NCBI GenBank assembly: GCA_965208325.1
Contig: OZ242326.1
Location: 4,192,001-4,256,000, forward strand
From: Candidatus Poribacteria bacterium
Lineage (GTDB): Bacteria > Poribacteria > WGA-4E > PCPOR2b
Direction: 5' to 3'
DNA length: 64,000 nt
Position 1 is the first letter of the stretch. The number at the start of each line of letters is the position of its first letter. The notes below the pieces were generated by a model. It ran no database searches. It saw only the letters and a program-made list of their open reading frames with translations, and had not been told where the DNA came from. This document shows positions 21,250 through 31,330 of the stretch, in pieces. The position numbers were made by a program, and so were the translations under genes.

Positions 21250-23088
21250 ATGAGAAAGGACGTGCAATCTATTGAGTCGGCTACGCTCCTGTTTGCCGGT
21301 GACTCCGGTGATGGCTCGCAGACGATTGGCACGCAAATGACAGAGGCGTCGGCGATTGCAGGGAACGATGTGGCGACGCTTCCGGACTATCCTGCGGAGA
21401 TTCGCGCACCCGCGGGTTCGCTAGCCGGCGTATCCGGATTCCAACTGCACTTTTCCAGTGAAACCATCCACACCCCCGGCGATACGTGCGATGTTTTGGT
21501 CGCAATGAATCCTGCGGCGTTGAGAGTTAATCTCGATAAGCTCAAGCCCAACGGCATTCTGATTGTCAACACGGACAATTTTGCAGCGCGGAATCTCAAG
21601 TTAGCTGGATACACCGACAACCCCTTAGAAGACGGGTCGCTGGTAAAATACCAAGTTTTTCCTGTGCCGTTAACGCGATTAACACGAGATTCGCTTAAAG
21701 GCACAAGCCTTGCGCACCGAGAGGCTGACCGGTGCAAGAATTTTTTTGCGCTCGGTATGGTGTGCTGGCTTTACAACCGGCAGATGGATAACACCGTCAA
21801 GTTCATCAGAGAGAAGTACCGCAAGAAACCGCAGTATGTTGAAGCCAACACGATTGCATTGAAGGCGGGAAACGTCTATTGTGAAGCGACGGAGCAGTTC
21901 GCGACCTCTTATGAGGTCAAGCCGGCGCATTTTGAGCCGGGCACGTACCGCAATATCGAAGGCAACATGGCGGCAGCCTTTGGGCTGATTGCCGCCTCGC
22001 AACGGTCAGGGCTGCCGCTTGTGTACGGGAGTTACCCCATTACGCCTGCGAGCTCGATTCTCCACGAACTGGCGAAATACAAGAATTTTGGCGTCATCAC
22101 GATGCAGATGGAAGACGAAATCGCAGCCATTGGCGCCGCGATTGGCGCGGCGTTTAGCGGCGCGTTGGGTGCGACCGGCAGCAGCGGGCCCGGGCTTGCG
22201 CTCAAGTCGGAGTCAATTAACCTAGCGGTGATGGCGGAGTTGCCGCTGATCATCTGCAACATTCAGCGGTCGGGCCCCTCGACGGGTATGCCGACGAAGA
22301 CGGAGCAAACGGATTTGCTCCAGATGTTTTACGGACGCAACGGCGAGTCGCCGGTACCGATAATTGCGGCGTCGCGGCCGGCGGATTGCTTTGAAACTAT
22401 CTATGAAGCCGCCCGAATCGCTGTCAAATACATGACGCCCGTGATTTTCATGTCCGAGCTTTACATCGCCTTCGGCGCGGAACCGTGGCGTATCCCGGAG
22501 GTTTCGGAATTGCCGTCGATAACGGTGCATTACGAAACCACCGCCGACGGGTTTCAGCCGTACATGCGCGACGAAAAAACGCTTGCCCGCCCCTGGGCAA
22601 TCCCCGGCACCCCCGGTTTGGAACATCGGATTGGCGGCTTGGAAAAGGCGGACATTTCCGGAAACGTGAGTTATGACCCCGAGAACCATGAGCAAATGTC
22701 GTTGCTCAGGGCGGAAAAGGTGGCTCGTATTGCGGATGACATCCCGCCGACCGAGATATTCGGCGAACCAGAGGGCGAACTGCTTGTATTGGCTTGGGGC
22801 GGGACCTACGGCGCAGTTAGAACCGCGGTCGAACACAAGCTAGCGGAGGGCGCGTCGGTGTCGCACGTGCACCTGCGGTATCTCAATCCGCTGCCGAGCG
22901 ATCTCGGCGGTATTCTCAAGCAGTTTGACAAGGTGCTTATTCCCGAACTCAATTTCGGGCAGCTGCTCAAACTGATTCGCGCGGACTTTTTGATTGACGC
23001 GGTTGGATTGAATAAGGTGCAAGGGTTGCCGTTTTATGTTTTTGAGGTTGAATCTAAAATCCATGAGTTGCTAAGGGGCGATGCATGA
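21250..23088 (+). CDS. korA: 2-oxoacid:ferredoxin oxidoreductase alpha subunit (gamma-alpha fusion)
   Basis: AGDSGDG, YPAEIRAP, YPITPAS, EDEIAA, SGPG and RSGPSTGMPTK motifs. Confidence 0.93.
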   Translation: MRKDVQSIESATLLFAGDSGDGSQTIGTQMTEASAIAGNDVATLPDYPAEIRAPAGSLAGVSGFQLHFSSETIHTPGDTCDVLVAMNPAALRVNLDKLKPNGILIVNTDNFAARNLKLAGYTDNPLEDGSLVKYQVFPVPLTRLTRDSLKGTSLAHREADRCKNFFALGMVCWLYNRQMDNTVKFIREKYRKKPQYVEANTIALKAGNVYCEATEQFATSYEVKPAHFEPGTYRNIEGNMAAAFGLIAASQRSGLPLVYGSYPITPASSILHELAKYKNFGVITMQMEDEIAAIGAAIGAAFSGALGATGSSGPGLALKSESINLAVMAELPLIICNIQRSGPSTGMPTKTEQTDLLQMFYGRNGESPVPIIAASRPADCFETIYEAARIAVKYMTPVIFMSELYIAFGAEPWRIPEVSELPSITVHYETTADGFQPYMRDEKTLARPWAIPGTPGLEHRIGGLEKADISGNVSYDPENHEQMSLLRAEKVARIADDIPPTEIFGEPEGELLVLAWGGTYGAVRTAVEHKLAEGASVSHVHLRYLNPLPSDLGGILKQFDKVLIPELNFGQLLKLIRADFLIDAVGLNKVQGLPFYVFEVESKIHELLRGDA

Positions 23089-24131
23089 GAAAACGTACTT
23101 CCACTGAGATACCGGTAGCGGTGCCCACGTTAACCAAAAAGAATTTTGAATCGGATCAGGATGTCCGGTGGTGCCCGGGCTGCGGAGATTATTCGATACT
23201 GTCTCAAACGCAGCGAATTCTCCCGGACCTCGGCGTCCCGAAGGAGGATTTTGTGTTCATCTCCGGGATTGGATGTTCGAGCCGGTTTCCGTACTATATG
23301 AACGCGTACGGTTTTCACACGATTCACGGGCGCGCGCCGACGGTTGCGGCTGGCGTCAAGGTCGCCCACCCGGAACTTTCGGTATGGGTGATTACGGGCG
23401 ACGGCGATGCGTTATCGATCGGCGGCAACCACTTTATTCACCTAATGCGGCGCAATTTCGACATCAACGTCCTGTTGTTCAACAACCAGATTTATGGATT
23501 GACGAAGGGGCAGTATTCGCCCACGTCCGAACAGGGGAAGACAACCTTCTCCACGCCGATGGGGTCGCTTGATAACCCGTTCAATCCGATCAGCCTTGCA
23601 TTGGCGTCGGGCGCGACATTTGTCGCCCGCTCGCTGGATAGGGATCCGGAACATTTACGCGGCGTCATCAAGGCGGCGTTTGAACATAAGGGCACGTCGT
23701 TTGTCGAGATTTACCAGAACTGCAACGTGTATAACGACGGCGCGTTTTTCTCCTTTACGGAAAAGGAGACAAAAGCCGAGAACACGGTGTTTTTGGAACA
23801 TGGAGAGCCGCTAGTTTTTGGCAAGGACCGCGACAAGGGTATCCGCCTGAACGAGTTTCAACCGGAGGTTTTTTCCCTCACCGAGGGCAACTATTCGCCC
23901 GATGAGCTCATCAAACACAACCAGTACGCCGAGAATCCAACGCTCGCGTACTTCCTTGCGCGGATGAGCGTGATACCGGATGTGCCGCATCCGATAGGTG
24001 TGTTTCGGAGCATCAAGCACGCCTGCTATGAAGATTTGATGGCGCAGCAGGTTGAGACGGCGAAGCGGCAGCGCGGAGAAGGCGATCTTGAGGCGCTGCT
24101 CAATGAAGCCGATACCTGGCGCGTCGAATAG
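23085..24131 (+). CDS. korB: 2-oxoacid:ferredoxin oxidoreductase beta subunit
   Basis: WCPGCGD, SGIGCS, HGRA, GDGD TPP motif and YGLTKGQYSPT; ATGA overlap with korA. Confidence 0.95.
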   Translation: MRKRTSTEIPVAVPTLTKKNFESDQDVRWCPGCGDYSILSQTQRILPDLGVPKEDFVFISGIGCSSRFPYYMNAYGFHTIHGRAPTVAAGVKVAHPELSVWVITGDGDALSIGGNHFIHLMRRNFDINVLLFNNQIYGLTKGQYSPTSEQGKTTFSTPMGSLDNPFNPISLALASGATFVARSLDRDPEHLRGVIKAAFEHKGTSFVEIYQNCNVYNDGAFFSFTEKETKAENTVFLEHGEPLVFGKDRDKGIRLNEFQPEVFSLTEGNYSPDELIKHNQYAENPTLAYFLARMSVIPDVPHPIGVFRSIKHACYEDLMAQQVETAKRQRGEGDLEALLNEADTWRVE

Positions 24132-24229
24132 GGTGCGGCAAGGAACCGCAACGCATTTGTTCGCCCTCAAGATACACGCATGACCGCGCGGGCTATTTGC
24201 TCCCACCCTGAACCGGTAAAATTGTCAAT

Positions 24230-25276
24230 TTGCACATCAAACCATCCCAGATTCTCTTTCCAATCCTCATCATAATCTTAGCGCTGCTCATTAACGCCCT
24301 CATCATGCTTGCGTGCGGTTACCAACCGGCGGCGGCATTTGCCGCACTGTTTCAGGGGGCGCTGGGCGGGCCGAAGCAGGTCACAGAGACGTTTGTCAAG
24401 ACGTGTCCGTTGCTGCTGACCGGGTTGGCTGTTGCGTTTGCGTTTCGCTGCGGCGTGTGGAACATTGGCGCAGAGGGGCAATACCTCGCCGCGGCGCTGG
24501 TTGCGACATGGATTGGGACATCGGTTGTAACCCTGCCCTCAATTTTGCTGATTCCGCTGGTGCTGGCTGCAGGGTTCGCCGCGGGCGGGTTTTGGGCTAC
24601 CATTGCCGGGGTACTCAAGGCGTACCGCGGCGTCGGCGAAGTGATTAGCACCATCATGCTCAATTTTATTGCGATCCAACTGGTGAGCTATTCCGTCGAC
24701 GGCGGGCCGCTGCAGGAGGCGTCGCAATCGTACCAGTGGAGCGATCGGATTGTCTCGAATGCGCTGCTGCCGCATCTCCTGCCGAAATCTTGGATTCCAG
24801 GCAACCGGTTCCACCTGGGCATTCTGATCGCGTTGATATCCGCCTTGTGCTTGTATGTGGTTCTGTTTCAGACTTCGCTGGGTTACCAAATTCGGGCGGT
24901 CGGGAAAAACCAAGTCGCGGCGCGGGCGGCGGGGATTCAGGTTTCCAAGAATATTATCATTGCGATGTTGATTAGCGGCGGGCTGGCGGGGTTGGCGGGC
25001 ACCATTGAGTTGACGGGGTTAAGTCCGCATCGGCTCGACCAGAGCGCTCCGGGTTACGGGTATACGGCAATCGCCGTGGCGTTGCTTGGGCGTTTGCACC
25101 CGATTGGGGTGGTTTTTTCGGCGCTGTTGTTCGGGGTTTTGCAAGCCGGGTCGGAGACGATGAAGTTGGAGGCTCAGGTTCCCACGAAGCTGACGTGGGT
25201 GATTCAAGCCACGGTGTTGTTGCTGGTGTTGGGGGTTAGTATGTATGAGGCGAGACGGGAGAAGATGAGGGAGTGA
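24230..25276 (+). CDS. ABC transporter permease (nucleoside/simple-sugar type, first subunit)
   Basis: WNIGAEGQ, EVISTIMLN, LGYQIRAVG and GYGYTAIAVALLG motifs. Confidence 0.92.
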   Translation: MHIKPSQILFPILIIILALLINALIMLACGYQPAAAFAALFQGALGGPKQVTETFVKTCPLLLTGLAVAFAFRCGVWNIGAEGQYLAAALVATWIGTSVVTLPSILLIPLVLAAGFAAGGFWATIAGVLKAYRGVGEVISTIMLNFIAIQLVSYSVDGGPLQEASQSYQWSDRIVSNALLPHLLPKSWIPGNRFHLGILIALISALCLYVVLFQTSLGYQIRAVGKNQVAARAAGIQVSKNIIIAMLISGGLAGLAGTIELTGLSPHRLDQSAPGYGYTAIAVALLGRLHPIGVVFSALLFGVLQAGSETMKLEAQVPTKLTWVIQATVLLLVLGVSMYEARREKMRE

Positions 25277-25279
25277 GTT

Positions 25280-25960
25280 GGAAGGTAGTGAATTGCGATT
25301 GGCGATGTTGTCTGAACTGTGGTTTTTGAGATTAAATGATGGGCTATGATTAAGGGAACGCATGAGCATTCGGACGTTGATAGGGTTGCGGGAGGTTGCC
25401 AAAGCGTTGGGGTTATAAGGGAGGTTTTTGGTACGATTAAGAAACCGAGTTTTGAAGAAAAAACTCGGTTTCAGATAAAGTATTACAAGAGCTGTAGGTG
25501 GTCGTAGGGGCGGGGTTTCCCCGCCCATTGATGAGCCGCATGCGGCGAATTCCCGACCATACAAAAATTATGTGGGAACAAAGGGTTGGGGAACCCAACC
25601 CCTACGAACGATCGCATTTTGAATGTCGTAAGGTTTCGCAGTCCGCCACGTGAAATTGGCCGTTAATTGGTGAAGACCGCTCTACCCAACCTACAAGAGA
25701 TGCTACATTGCGGACGGCACACGGAGTGTGCCTGCTACTTTATCGCGGCTGGAAGCTGCTCCCACAGGGGGAGGGTCGCGAGTCGGAGATCGCTCCTACA
25801 GTGAGATGATTTCTTTTAATTATAGCCTATCATTTAATCAAATAAATCACAGTTCAGACAGTTTTTGAAATTTGAATGCGATGAAGAAACCGAGTTTTGA
25901 AGAAAAAACTCGGTTTCAGATAAAGTAAAGGTCGCCATTCAGAAGCCGCTCCCATAGGGG
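25280..25960. repeat. Modular repeat cluster between the two permease genes
   Basis: Contains GTAGGGGCGGGGTTTCCCCGCCC, GGGTTGGGGAACCCAACCCCTAC, CCGCTCTACCCAACCTAC, GGCACACGGAGTGTGCC and two AAACCGAG hairpins. Confidence 0.92.
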
Positions 25961-25974
25961 GTTAGGGGATTGGT

Positions 25975-26910
25975 ATGGTACAGGATATTTTTGAGGCGGC
26001 GGTGCGGCAGGCGACGCCGCTGCTGATTGTGGCGCTCGGCGAGGTTATTGTTCAGCGGTCGGGTGTCATCAATATCGGGCTTGAAGGCCTCATGATTTTC
26101 AGCGCATTTATCGGGTGGCTGGGTTCGTACGCCATACAGAGCGCGTCGCCGGCGCTTGCGCCGTGGGCTGGTATTCTGTTCGCTGGCGCCAGCGGTGTGT
26201 TGCTCGCCGCCTTTTTCGGCATTTTCGCGCTGCGCTTGAAAACCGATCAGATTGTGACCGGCACCGGCATTAACCTGTTGGCGTTCGGACTCGTGGAGGT
26301 GCTGTACCGCCGCATCTTCGGCGCGACGGGCAGGTCGCTCAAGGTGGCTATTTTTGAACCGCTGCATATCCCCGTGTTGTCGGACATACCATTTCTCGGC
26401 GGCATCTTGTTTCAGCACAACATCCTCGTCTACGGCGCCTTTCTGGCGGTGCCTGCGGCCTACTTTTACCTGTTTCACACCTATCCCGGATTGTCGATTC
26501 AGGCGTGCGGCGAACACCCGAGGGCGGCGGATGCCGCCGGTGTCAGCGTGACCCGGCTGCAAGCGAAATGTGTGCTTTTTGGCGGGTTTATGGCGGGCAT
26601 TGCCGGCGGCTATCTCTCGCTGGTCGACGTTCCGTATTTCAGCCCGGAGATGACCGCCGGACGCGGATTTATTGCGCTTGCAATCGTGGTGTTCGGCAAG
26701 TGGCACCCGGTCAAGGCGTGCGGCGCCGCGCTATTGTTTAGTTTATGCAATGCCGTGCTGAATCGGTTTCAGGCGATTCCCGATCTCGGTTTTATTCCCT
26801 ACCAGTTCTTTCTTATGCTGCCCTACATCTTGACGCTTCTGGTGCTTACGGGGTTTGTCGGGCAGGCGAAACAGCCAGCCGCGCTCGCCGTACCGTATGA
26901 GCGAGAATAG
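25975..26910 (+). CDS. ABC transporter permease (nucleoside/simple-sugar type, second subunit)
   Basis: QRSGVINIGLEG, ACGEHPRAADAAG, GRGFIALA and MLPY motifs. Confidence 0.92.
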   Translation: MVQDIFEAAVRQATPLLIVALGEVIVQRSGVINIGLEGLMIFSAFIGWLGSYAIQSASPALAPWAGILFAGASGVLLAAFFGIFALRLKTDQIVTGTGINLLAFGLVEVLYRRIFGATGRSLKVAIFEPLHIPVLSDIPFLGGILFQHNILVYGAFLAVPAAYFYLFHTYPGLSIQACGEHPRAADAAGVSVTRLQAKCVLFGGFMAGIAGGYLSLVDVPYFSPEMTAGRGFIALAIVVFGKWHPVKACGAALLFSLCNAVLNRFQAIPDLGFIPYQFFLMLPYILTLLVLTGFVGQAKQPAALAVPYERE

Positions 26911-26936
26911 CGTCTCACCGCGCACCTACTTCCATT

Positions 26937-27977
26937 TTACAACGGCAGGTCTACCGATCTGCCCTGTTCAGCCGACTGGTAACAGGCTTGCATGAGTTCA
27001 GTCAGGTTGCGTCCATCCTGTATGGTGATGGTCGTGGGTTCGCCGTGCAATATGGCGTTAAACCACTGCTGCATCGGCGGGGGCGGCGGCGGATGGCTGC
27101 TGGCGGCGTATTCCGCTTTTTCGTCGTCGGACAGGTTGCGCGTCTCGAAGTGGACATTCTCTTGACCGACGGCGATGGAGTGAAGCGTTTCGAAGTGTTT
27201 ATCGCCGTAACCGCTGACGATGGCGCCGTCGGTGCCGTAGAGTTCGAGCATGTTTGGGCCGTGCCGATGCACCCAAGAGACGTCAACGACGCCGAGCGCG
27301 TTGTTCTCAAATTCAATCACGGAGGCGCTGTTGTCGTCGATGGGGTAGGTGCCGCGGTGGTTGTTAATTTTTGCGATAACGCTCTTGGGCGTGCCCATGA
27401 GCCACGGTACAACGTCCATTCGATGGCAGCCGAGGTCAAACAGCGCACCGCCGCCGGCGCGTTTTGCGTCGGCGAACCAGAGGCTCGTGTCTCTGAGCCA
27501 TCCATCGACCGCGGCGGGATGTGCGATACGTCCTCTGCCAAAGGTTAAATCGCCCAGCAGCCCGTCATCGACGGCTCGTTTGGCGAATAGCAGCCCGGCG
27601 TTGCAACGCGACGGCAGCGAAATCATGAATTTAACGCCCGCATTTTCGACAGCGGCGATAATCTCGTCACATTCGTCGACCGTGATTGCCAAGGCTTTTT
27701 CGGTGAAGATGTGTTTGCCAGCCTCCGCCGCGGCAATCATGACGCGCGGGTGTTCCGACGTCGGCGCATTGACGACGACGGCATCCACGTCGTCCAAGTT
27801 TAGGACGGCGTCGAGGTCGGCGTAGAAGGGGGCGTTAAAGTCGCTCGCGGCTTCTCTCCCGCCGTATTCCTCCTCGTCCCACACCGCAACAATTTGGGCG
27901 TCCGGGTTGTTTTGAACATCGTTGGCGTATCCTCTGGCGTGCGTGTGGGCGAAACTCAACATTGCGACGTTGACCAT
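26937..27977 (-). CDS. Gfo/Idh/MocA family oxidoreductase
   Basis: AGKHIFTEKA and GGGALFDLGCH motifs. Confidence 0.92.
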   Translation of the reverse strand: MVNVAMLSFAHTHARGYANDVQNNPDAQIVAVWDEEEYGGREAASDFNAPFYADLDAVLNLDDVDAVVVNAPTSEHPRVMIAAAEAGKHIFTEKALAITVDECDEIIAAVENAGVKFMISLPSRCNAGLLFAKRAVDDGLLGDLTFGRGRIAHPAAVDGWLRDTSLWFADAKRAGGGALFDLGCHRMDVVPWLMGTPKSVIAKINNHRGTYPIDDNSASVIEFENNALGVVDVSWVHRHGPNMLELYGTDGAIVSGYGDKHFETLHSIAVGQENVHFETRNLSDDEKAEYAASSHPPPPPPMQQWFNAILHGEPTTITIQDGRNLTELMQACYQSAEQGRSVDLPL

Positions 27978-27994
27978 GATTGTGTCTCCTGGTT

Positions 27995-28606
27995 TTTGTA
28001 GGTTGGGTTAAGCGGAGTAAATGAGAGACGCGATAAATGTCGAATGGATATCGGTATTTGAATACGTGTGGTAATTGTTAGAGCGGAGCGAACCCGACGT
28101 TTTTGAGAGGTTTCGGTTGCCGGTTGTCGGGCGGAATGATAAATACGATTTGGAATAGAAGAAACAGAAGGGTTATTGGGAATTCGGGGCGGTATTTGTG
28201 TTTGGTAATCGTTTGGGTTGCCGGAGGTTTTAAAAGCGTTGGGTTTCGCTCGATTCATCGGATTTTGGACGTTGGTCGGTTTACCGCAACGAAATGTAAA
28301 ATTGTATGTCTATTCGTGTTTTCCGCTCTACCCAACCTACGAGAACTACAAGAACTGTAGGTGGCCGTAGGGGCGGGGTTTCCCCGCCCATTGATGAGCC
28401 GCATGCGGCGAATTCCCGACCATACAAAAATTATGTGGGAACAAAGGGTTGGGGAACCCAACCCCTACGAACGACCGGATTTTGAATGTCGTAGGGTTTC
28501 CCAGTATGCCACGTGAAATTGTACGTTAATTGGTGAATTCCGCTCAACCCAACCTACAAGAACTGCTACATTGCGGACGGCACACGGAGTGTGCCTGCTA
28601 CTTTGA
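27995..28606. repeat. Modular repeat cluster
   Basis: Inverted pair of fixed-core elements (27998-28098, 28238-28340), followed by a GTAGGGGCGGGG/AACCCCTAC doublet and a GGCACACGGAGTGTGCC module. Confidence 0.92.
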
Positions 28607-28623
28607 GGTGAAGCATTTAGGCG

Positions 28624-29655
28624 TTATTCGTACGTGATTGGCACCGATCTGCCAATCCGAGCCGACTCGTAAATGGCGTCGAAAATTTTGGTGGTGAGCA
28701 GCACCTCTTCCGCCGGGACGGGCGACGGCAATCCTTCGCGGATGGCTTTGTGAAAAGATTCAAACTCGCCGGGCGTGTCGGGCGCGAATTCGGGTTTGTA
28801 TTCGACCAGGTGCCCGTCTTTGTCGGTATAGATGCACAATGGGTGGTAGGTTGCGCCTGCCAGGTCGCCCATGAAGAATGTCGTGCCGGTATTTTCGATG
28901 TGAGCCGCCCAGGCGGATTCCAATGTCACGGTTAACCCGTCTTCGAATCGGATGGTGCCCATAGCGAAATCTTCCACATCGTATTTGGCGCGGTCCCAAT
29001 CGACAGGGTTTACGATATCGTGCCGGTGCCCGAATCTCTGGGCGACCGATCCGAAGACTTCAACCGGCTTGGGGCAGCCGATCATCCACAACAGCACATC
29101 AAGTTCGTGCACGCCGATGTCGATGAGCGGCCCGCCCCCGGAAATGGACTTTACCATGAATGTCGGCGAAAGCCCCATGCCGCGGCGGCGCATGGTGACG
29201 GCGCGGGCGTAATAGACATGGCCGAAAAGCCCCTCCTCCCACAGTTTGCGCAGGGTTCTGGCGCCTTTGCCGAAACGGGACTGCAGCCCAATCTGCAGGA
29301 TTTTGCCCGATGCGCGCGCGGCATTGACCATGGCTTGCCCATCTTCAGCGTTCCCAGCGAGCGGCTTCTCGCAGATTACGTGTTTGCCCGCGTTCAGCGC
29401 GGCGATGGTCGGCGCGGCGTGAAAGTTGTTCGGGGTGCAAACGCTGATTGCGTCAATTTCAGGCATCGCAATCAGTTCATGGTAGTCCGTAAAAACATGT
29501 TCAACGTCGTAATCATGAGCGCAATATCTCGCCCGCTCTTCGTCTATGTCGCATACTGCGATGACGGAAACGCCTTCGACTTCTCGGTGGCTCACCAGAT
29601 GTTTCGCTTTCCCGATTGCGCCGGCGCCAACGATGCCAACATTAATTTTTTGCAT
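28624..29655 (-). CDS. Gfo/Idh/MocA family oxidoreductase
   Basis: VGIVGAGAIG Rossmann motif, GKHVICEKP and GGGPLIDIGVH. Confidence 0.93.
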   Translation of the reverse strand: MQKINVGIVGAGAIGKAKHLVSHREVEGVSVIAVCDIDEERARYCAHDYDVEHVFTDYHELIAMPEIDAISVCTPNNFHAAPTIAALNAGKHVICEKPLAGNAEDGQAMVNAARASGKILQIGLQSRFGKGARTLRKLWEEGLFGHVYYARAVTMRRRGMGLSPTFMVKSISGGGPLIDIGVHELDVLLWMIGCPKPVEVFGSVAQRFGHRHDIVNPVDWDRAKYDVEDFAMGTIRFEDGLTVTLESAWAAHIENTGTTFFMGDLAGATYHPLCIYTDKDGHLVEYKPEFAPDTPGEFESFHKAIREGLPSPVPAEEVLLTTKIFDAIYESARIGRSVPITYE

Positions 29656-29710
29656 GGTATTTCTCTGCTCCTTCCGGCTATGGTGCGTCCAGATTGCCTG
29701 TGCAAATCTT

Positions 29711-29730
29711 TGTGGATAATTTGTGGATAA
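29711..29730 (-). promoter_or_regulatory. Two tandem perfect DnaA-box 9-mers
   Basis: TGTGGATAA at 29711-29719 and 29722-29730 (reverse complement of TTATCCACA). Confidence 0.6.
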
Positions 29731-29790
29731 CTCGCCAAGTGTGTGTGATTAACGCCGCGGCGCGTTAATGCCAGTTGTCCCCATTATACC

Positions 29791-30780
29791 TCAAATGTGC
29801 TGAATTGGAATACCGATTTTTCCGACGGATGCGCCGGTGGCGACCATTGGGTAGCCCGGGTGAGACCAGAATATGCCGCTCTCCGGGGCGCGGATTGTCT
29901 CTTGCGGATGGCCGAAGGCGTCGCAGATTTCGGCGATGGGCTGGTATACCTCGACGCAGTCGTATAGGTTGGCTTTATAGTGGACGAATCCGCCGCGGTT
30001 GCTCAAGAGGGTGACGAATCGATCGATGACCACCTGTTGCACGGGGATTTCTGGGTCGCCGTCGATGAACGCGAAATGTTTGAGAACATTGAGCACGCCG
30101 CGCACCCCCTTTTCGATGCTCGCCGGGTTCCAGCCGCGGCAGCCGCCGAGTTCGGGGTCGATGGTTGGGATACCGACCTCCGGCGCGGCTTGCGCCAGTT
30201 GCCCCTTGGGTCCTTTTTTATCGAAGATGTAGCCGATGCCGAAGATTCGAGCCAGTGCCAGACAGGCTTCGTGCTGCGGATGGTTCCGCGATACGCGGAC
30301 ACGGACTTCGTCAATCATGGGGTCGATCCCGCCTTGGTGGAGGTCGATGCAGTAGTCCGATTGTTGGACGAGTCCGTTAAAGAGGCGGTAGGCGATGCGT
30401 TCGCTCGACGTGCCTTCAGATTTGCCCGGGAAGCATCGGTTCATCTTCATCTGATCGACGGGACTGTGGGCTTGTTGGGCGTGGAATGCGTGGAAATTGA
30501 CGATGGGCACGGCGATAATGCGGCCTCGCAAATGCTCTGGGGAAATTTTGCGGATAACCTCGTGGATAACTGCGATACCGTTGAGTTCGTCGCCGTCGCT
30601 TATAGATTGGAGATAGAGCGTTTTATCCCCGTGTTTTCCGTTGATGAGAACGACGGGAAGCCGCACGGGCGTGCCGTCCGGCAGCGAGCCGACGGTGATG
30701 TAGTCTTCGACGCGTTCGCCCGGTTTTGCGGTGATGGAACCTATGGAGAGGCGGTTATTAGTTATCCACATTTTATCCAC
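29791..30780 (-). CDS. Succinylglutamate desuccinylase/aspartoacylase (M14-like) family protein
   Basis: DGDELNG, MNRCFPG, IDLHQG and ELGG motifs. The usual HGDE His is Asp here. Confidence 0.85.
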   Translation of the reverse strand: MDKMWITNNRLSIGSITAKPGERVEDYITVGSLPDGTPVRLPVVLINGKHGDKTLYLQSISDGDELNGIAVIHEVIRKISPEHLRGRIIAVPIVNFHAFHAQQAHSPVDQMKMNRCFPGKSEGTSSERIAYRLFNGLVQQSDYCIDLHQGGIDPMIDEVRVRVSRNHPQHEACLALARIFGIGYIFDKKGPKGQLAQAAPEVGIPTIDPELGGCRGWNPASIEKGVRGVLNVLKHFAFIDGDPEIPVQQVVIDRFVTLLSNRGGFVHYKANLYDCVEVYQPIAEICDAFGHPQETIRAPESGIFWSHPGYPMVATGASVGKIGIPIQHI

Positions 30781-30781
30781 A
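30762..30781 (+). promoter_or_regulatory. Two tandem perfect DnaA-box 9-mers
   Basis: TTATCCACA at 30762-30770 and 30773-30781. Confidence 0.6.
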
Positions 30782-30819
30782 ATCGGGTTACAATTTTTTG
30801 GGGGTGACAGTGTAAATCA

Positions 30820-30972
30820 AGCTGTCTGAACTGTGATTTATTTGGTTAATTGATGGGCTGTGATTGGGGGGGGCATGATGATTTGGTGTTGAAGTTACGT
30901 TAAAAAAACCGAGTTTTGAAGAAAAAACTCGGTTTTAAATGAGGGCCGCGATTCGGAGATTGGTCCTACGGG
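30820..30972. repeat. Modular repeat cluster
   Basis: CTGTCTGAACTGTGATTT module, AAACCGAG hairpin and CGCGATTCGGAGAT..CCTAC; nearly the same block recurs at 31929-32075. Confidence 0.88.
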
Positions 30973-31015
30973 GTAAGGGATTGCGATTCCCGGCGATGGA
31001 TTCAACCACTGCCGT

Positions 31016-31177
31016 TTACTTGCCGCGCTCGCCTTCCTTCCGACTGATGAGCCTGCCAGTTTTTGCATCGCGGCTGCCTCGCTTGCCGCTAACAACCTTT
31101 TCAACAGCCCGTTGAGCTTGTCTTTTTGTGAGTTTGCCGCGTTTGGGCGGGTCTTTAACGGTTCTTTCGCGTCCCAC
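31016..31177 (-). CDS. Small basic protein, 53 aa (paralog of 31331-31582)
   Basis: Manual translation MGRERTVKDPPKRGKLTKRQAQRAVEKVVSGKRGSRDAKTGRLISRKEGERGK; AAGGTGA RBS; aligns with the neighbouring ORF. Confidence 0.75.
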   Translation of the reverse strand: MGRERTVKDPPKRGKLTKRQAQRAVEKVVSGKRGSRDAKTGRLISRKEGERGK

Positions 31178-31330
31178 TATTATCACCTTATTGAATTATG
31201 TTTTAAACATCGGTCAGTTGGGCTCAATGGGGGTAAAAAATATCCGTTTGCCGTAGGATGGATTTCGGGGAAGACTAACGCTGTCGCTATGGACTCCGAT
31301 GACCCCGATCCACCCAACCTACAAGGGCTG

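Noticed and set aside
29020..30807. 236-aa and 275-aa plus-strand ORFs
   Set aside because: Antisense to well-supported minus-strand genes.
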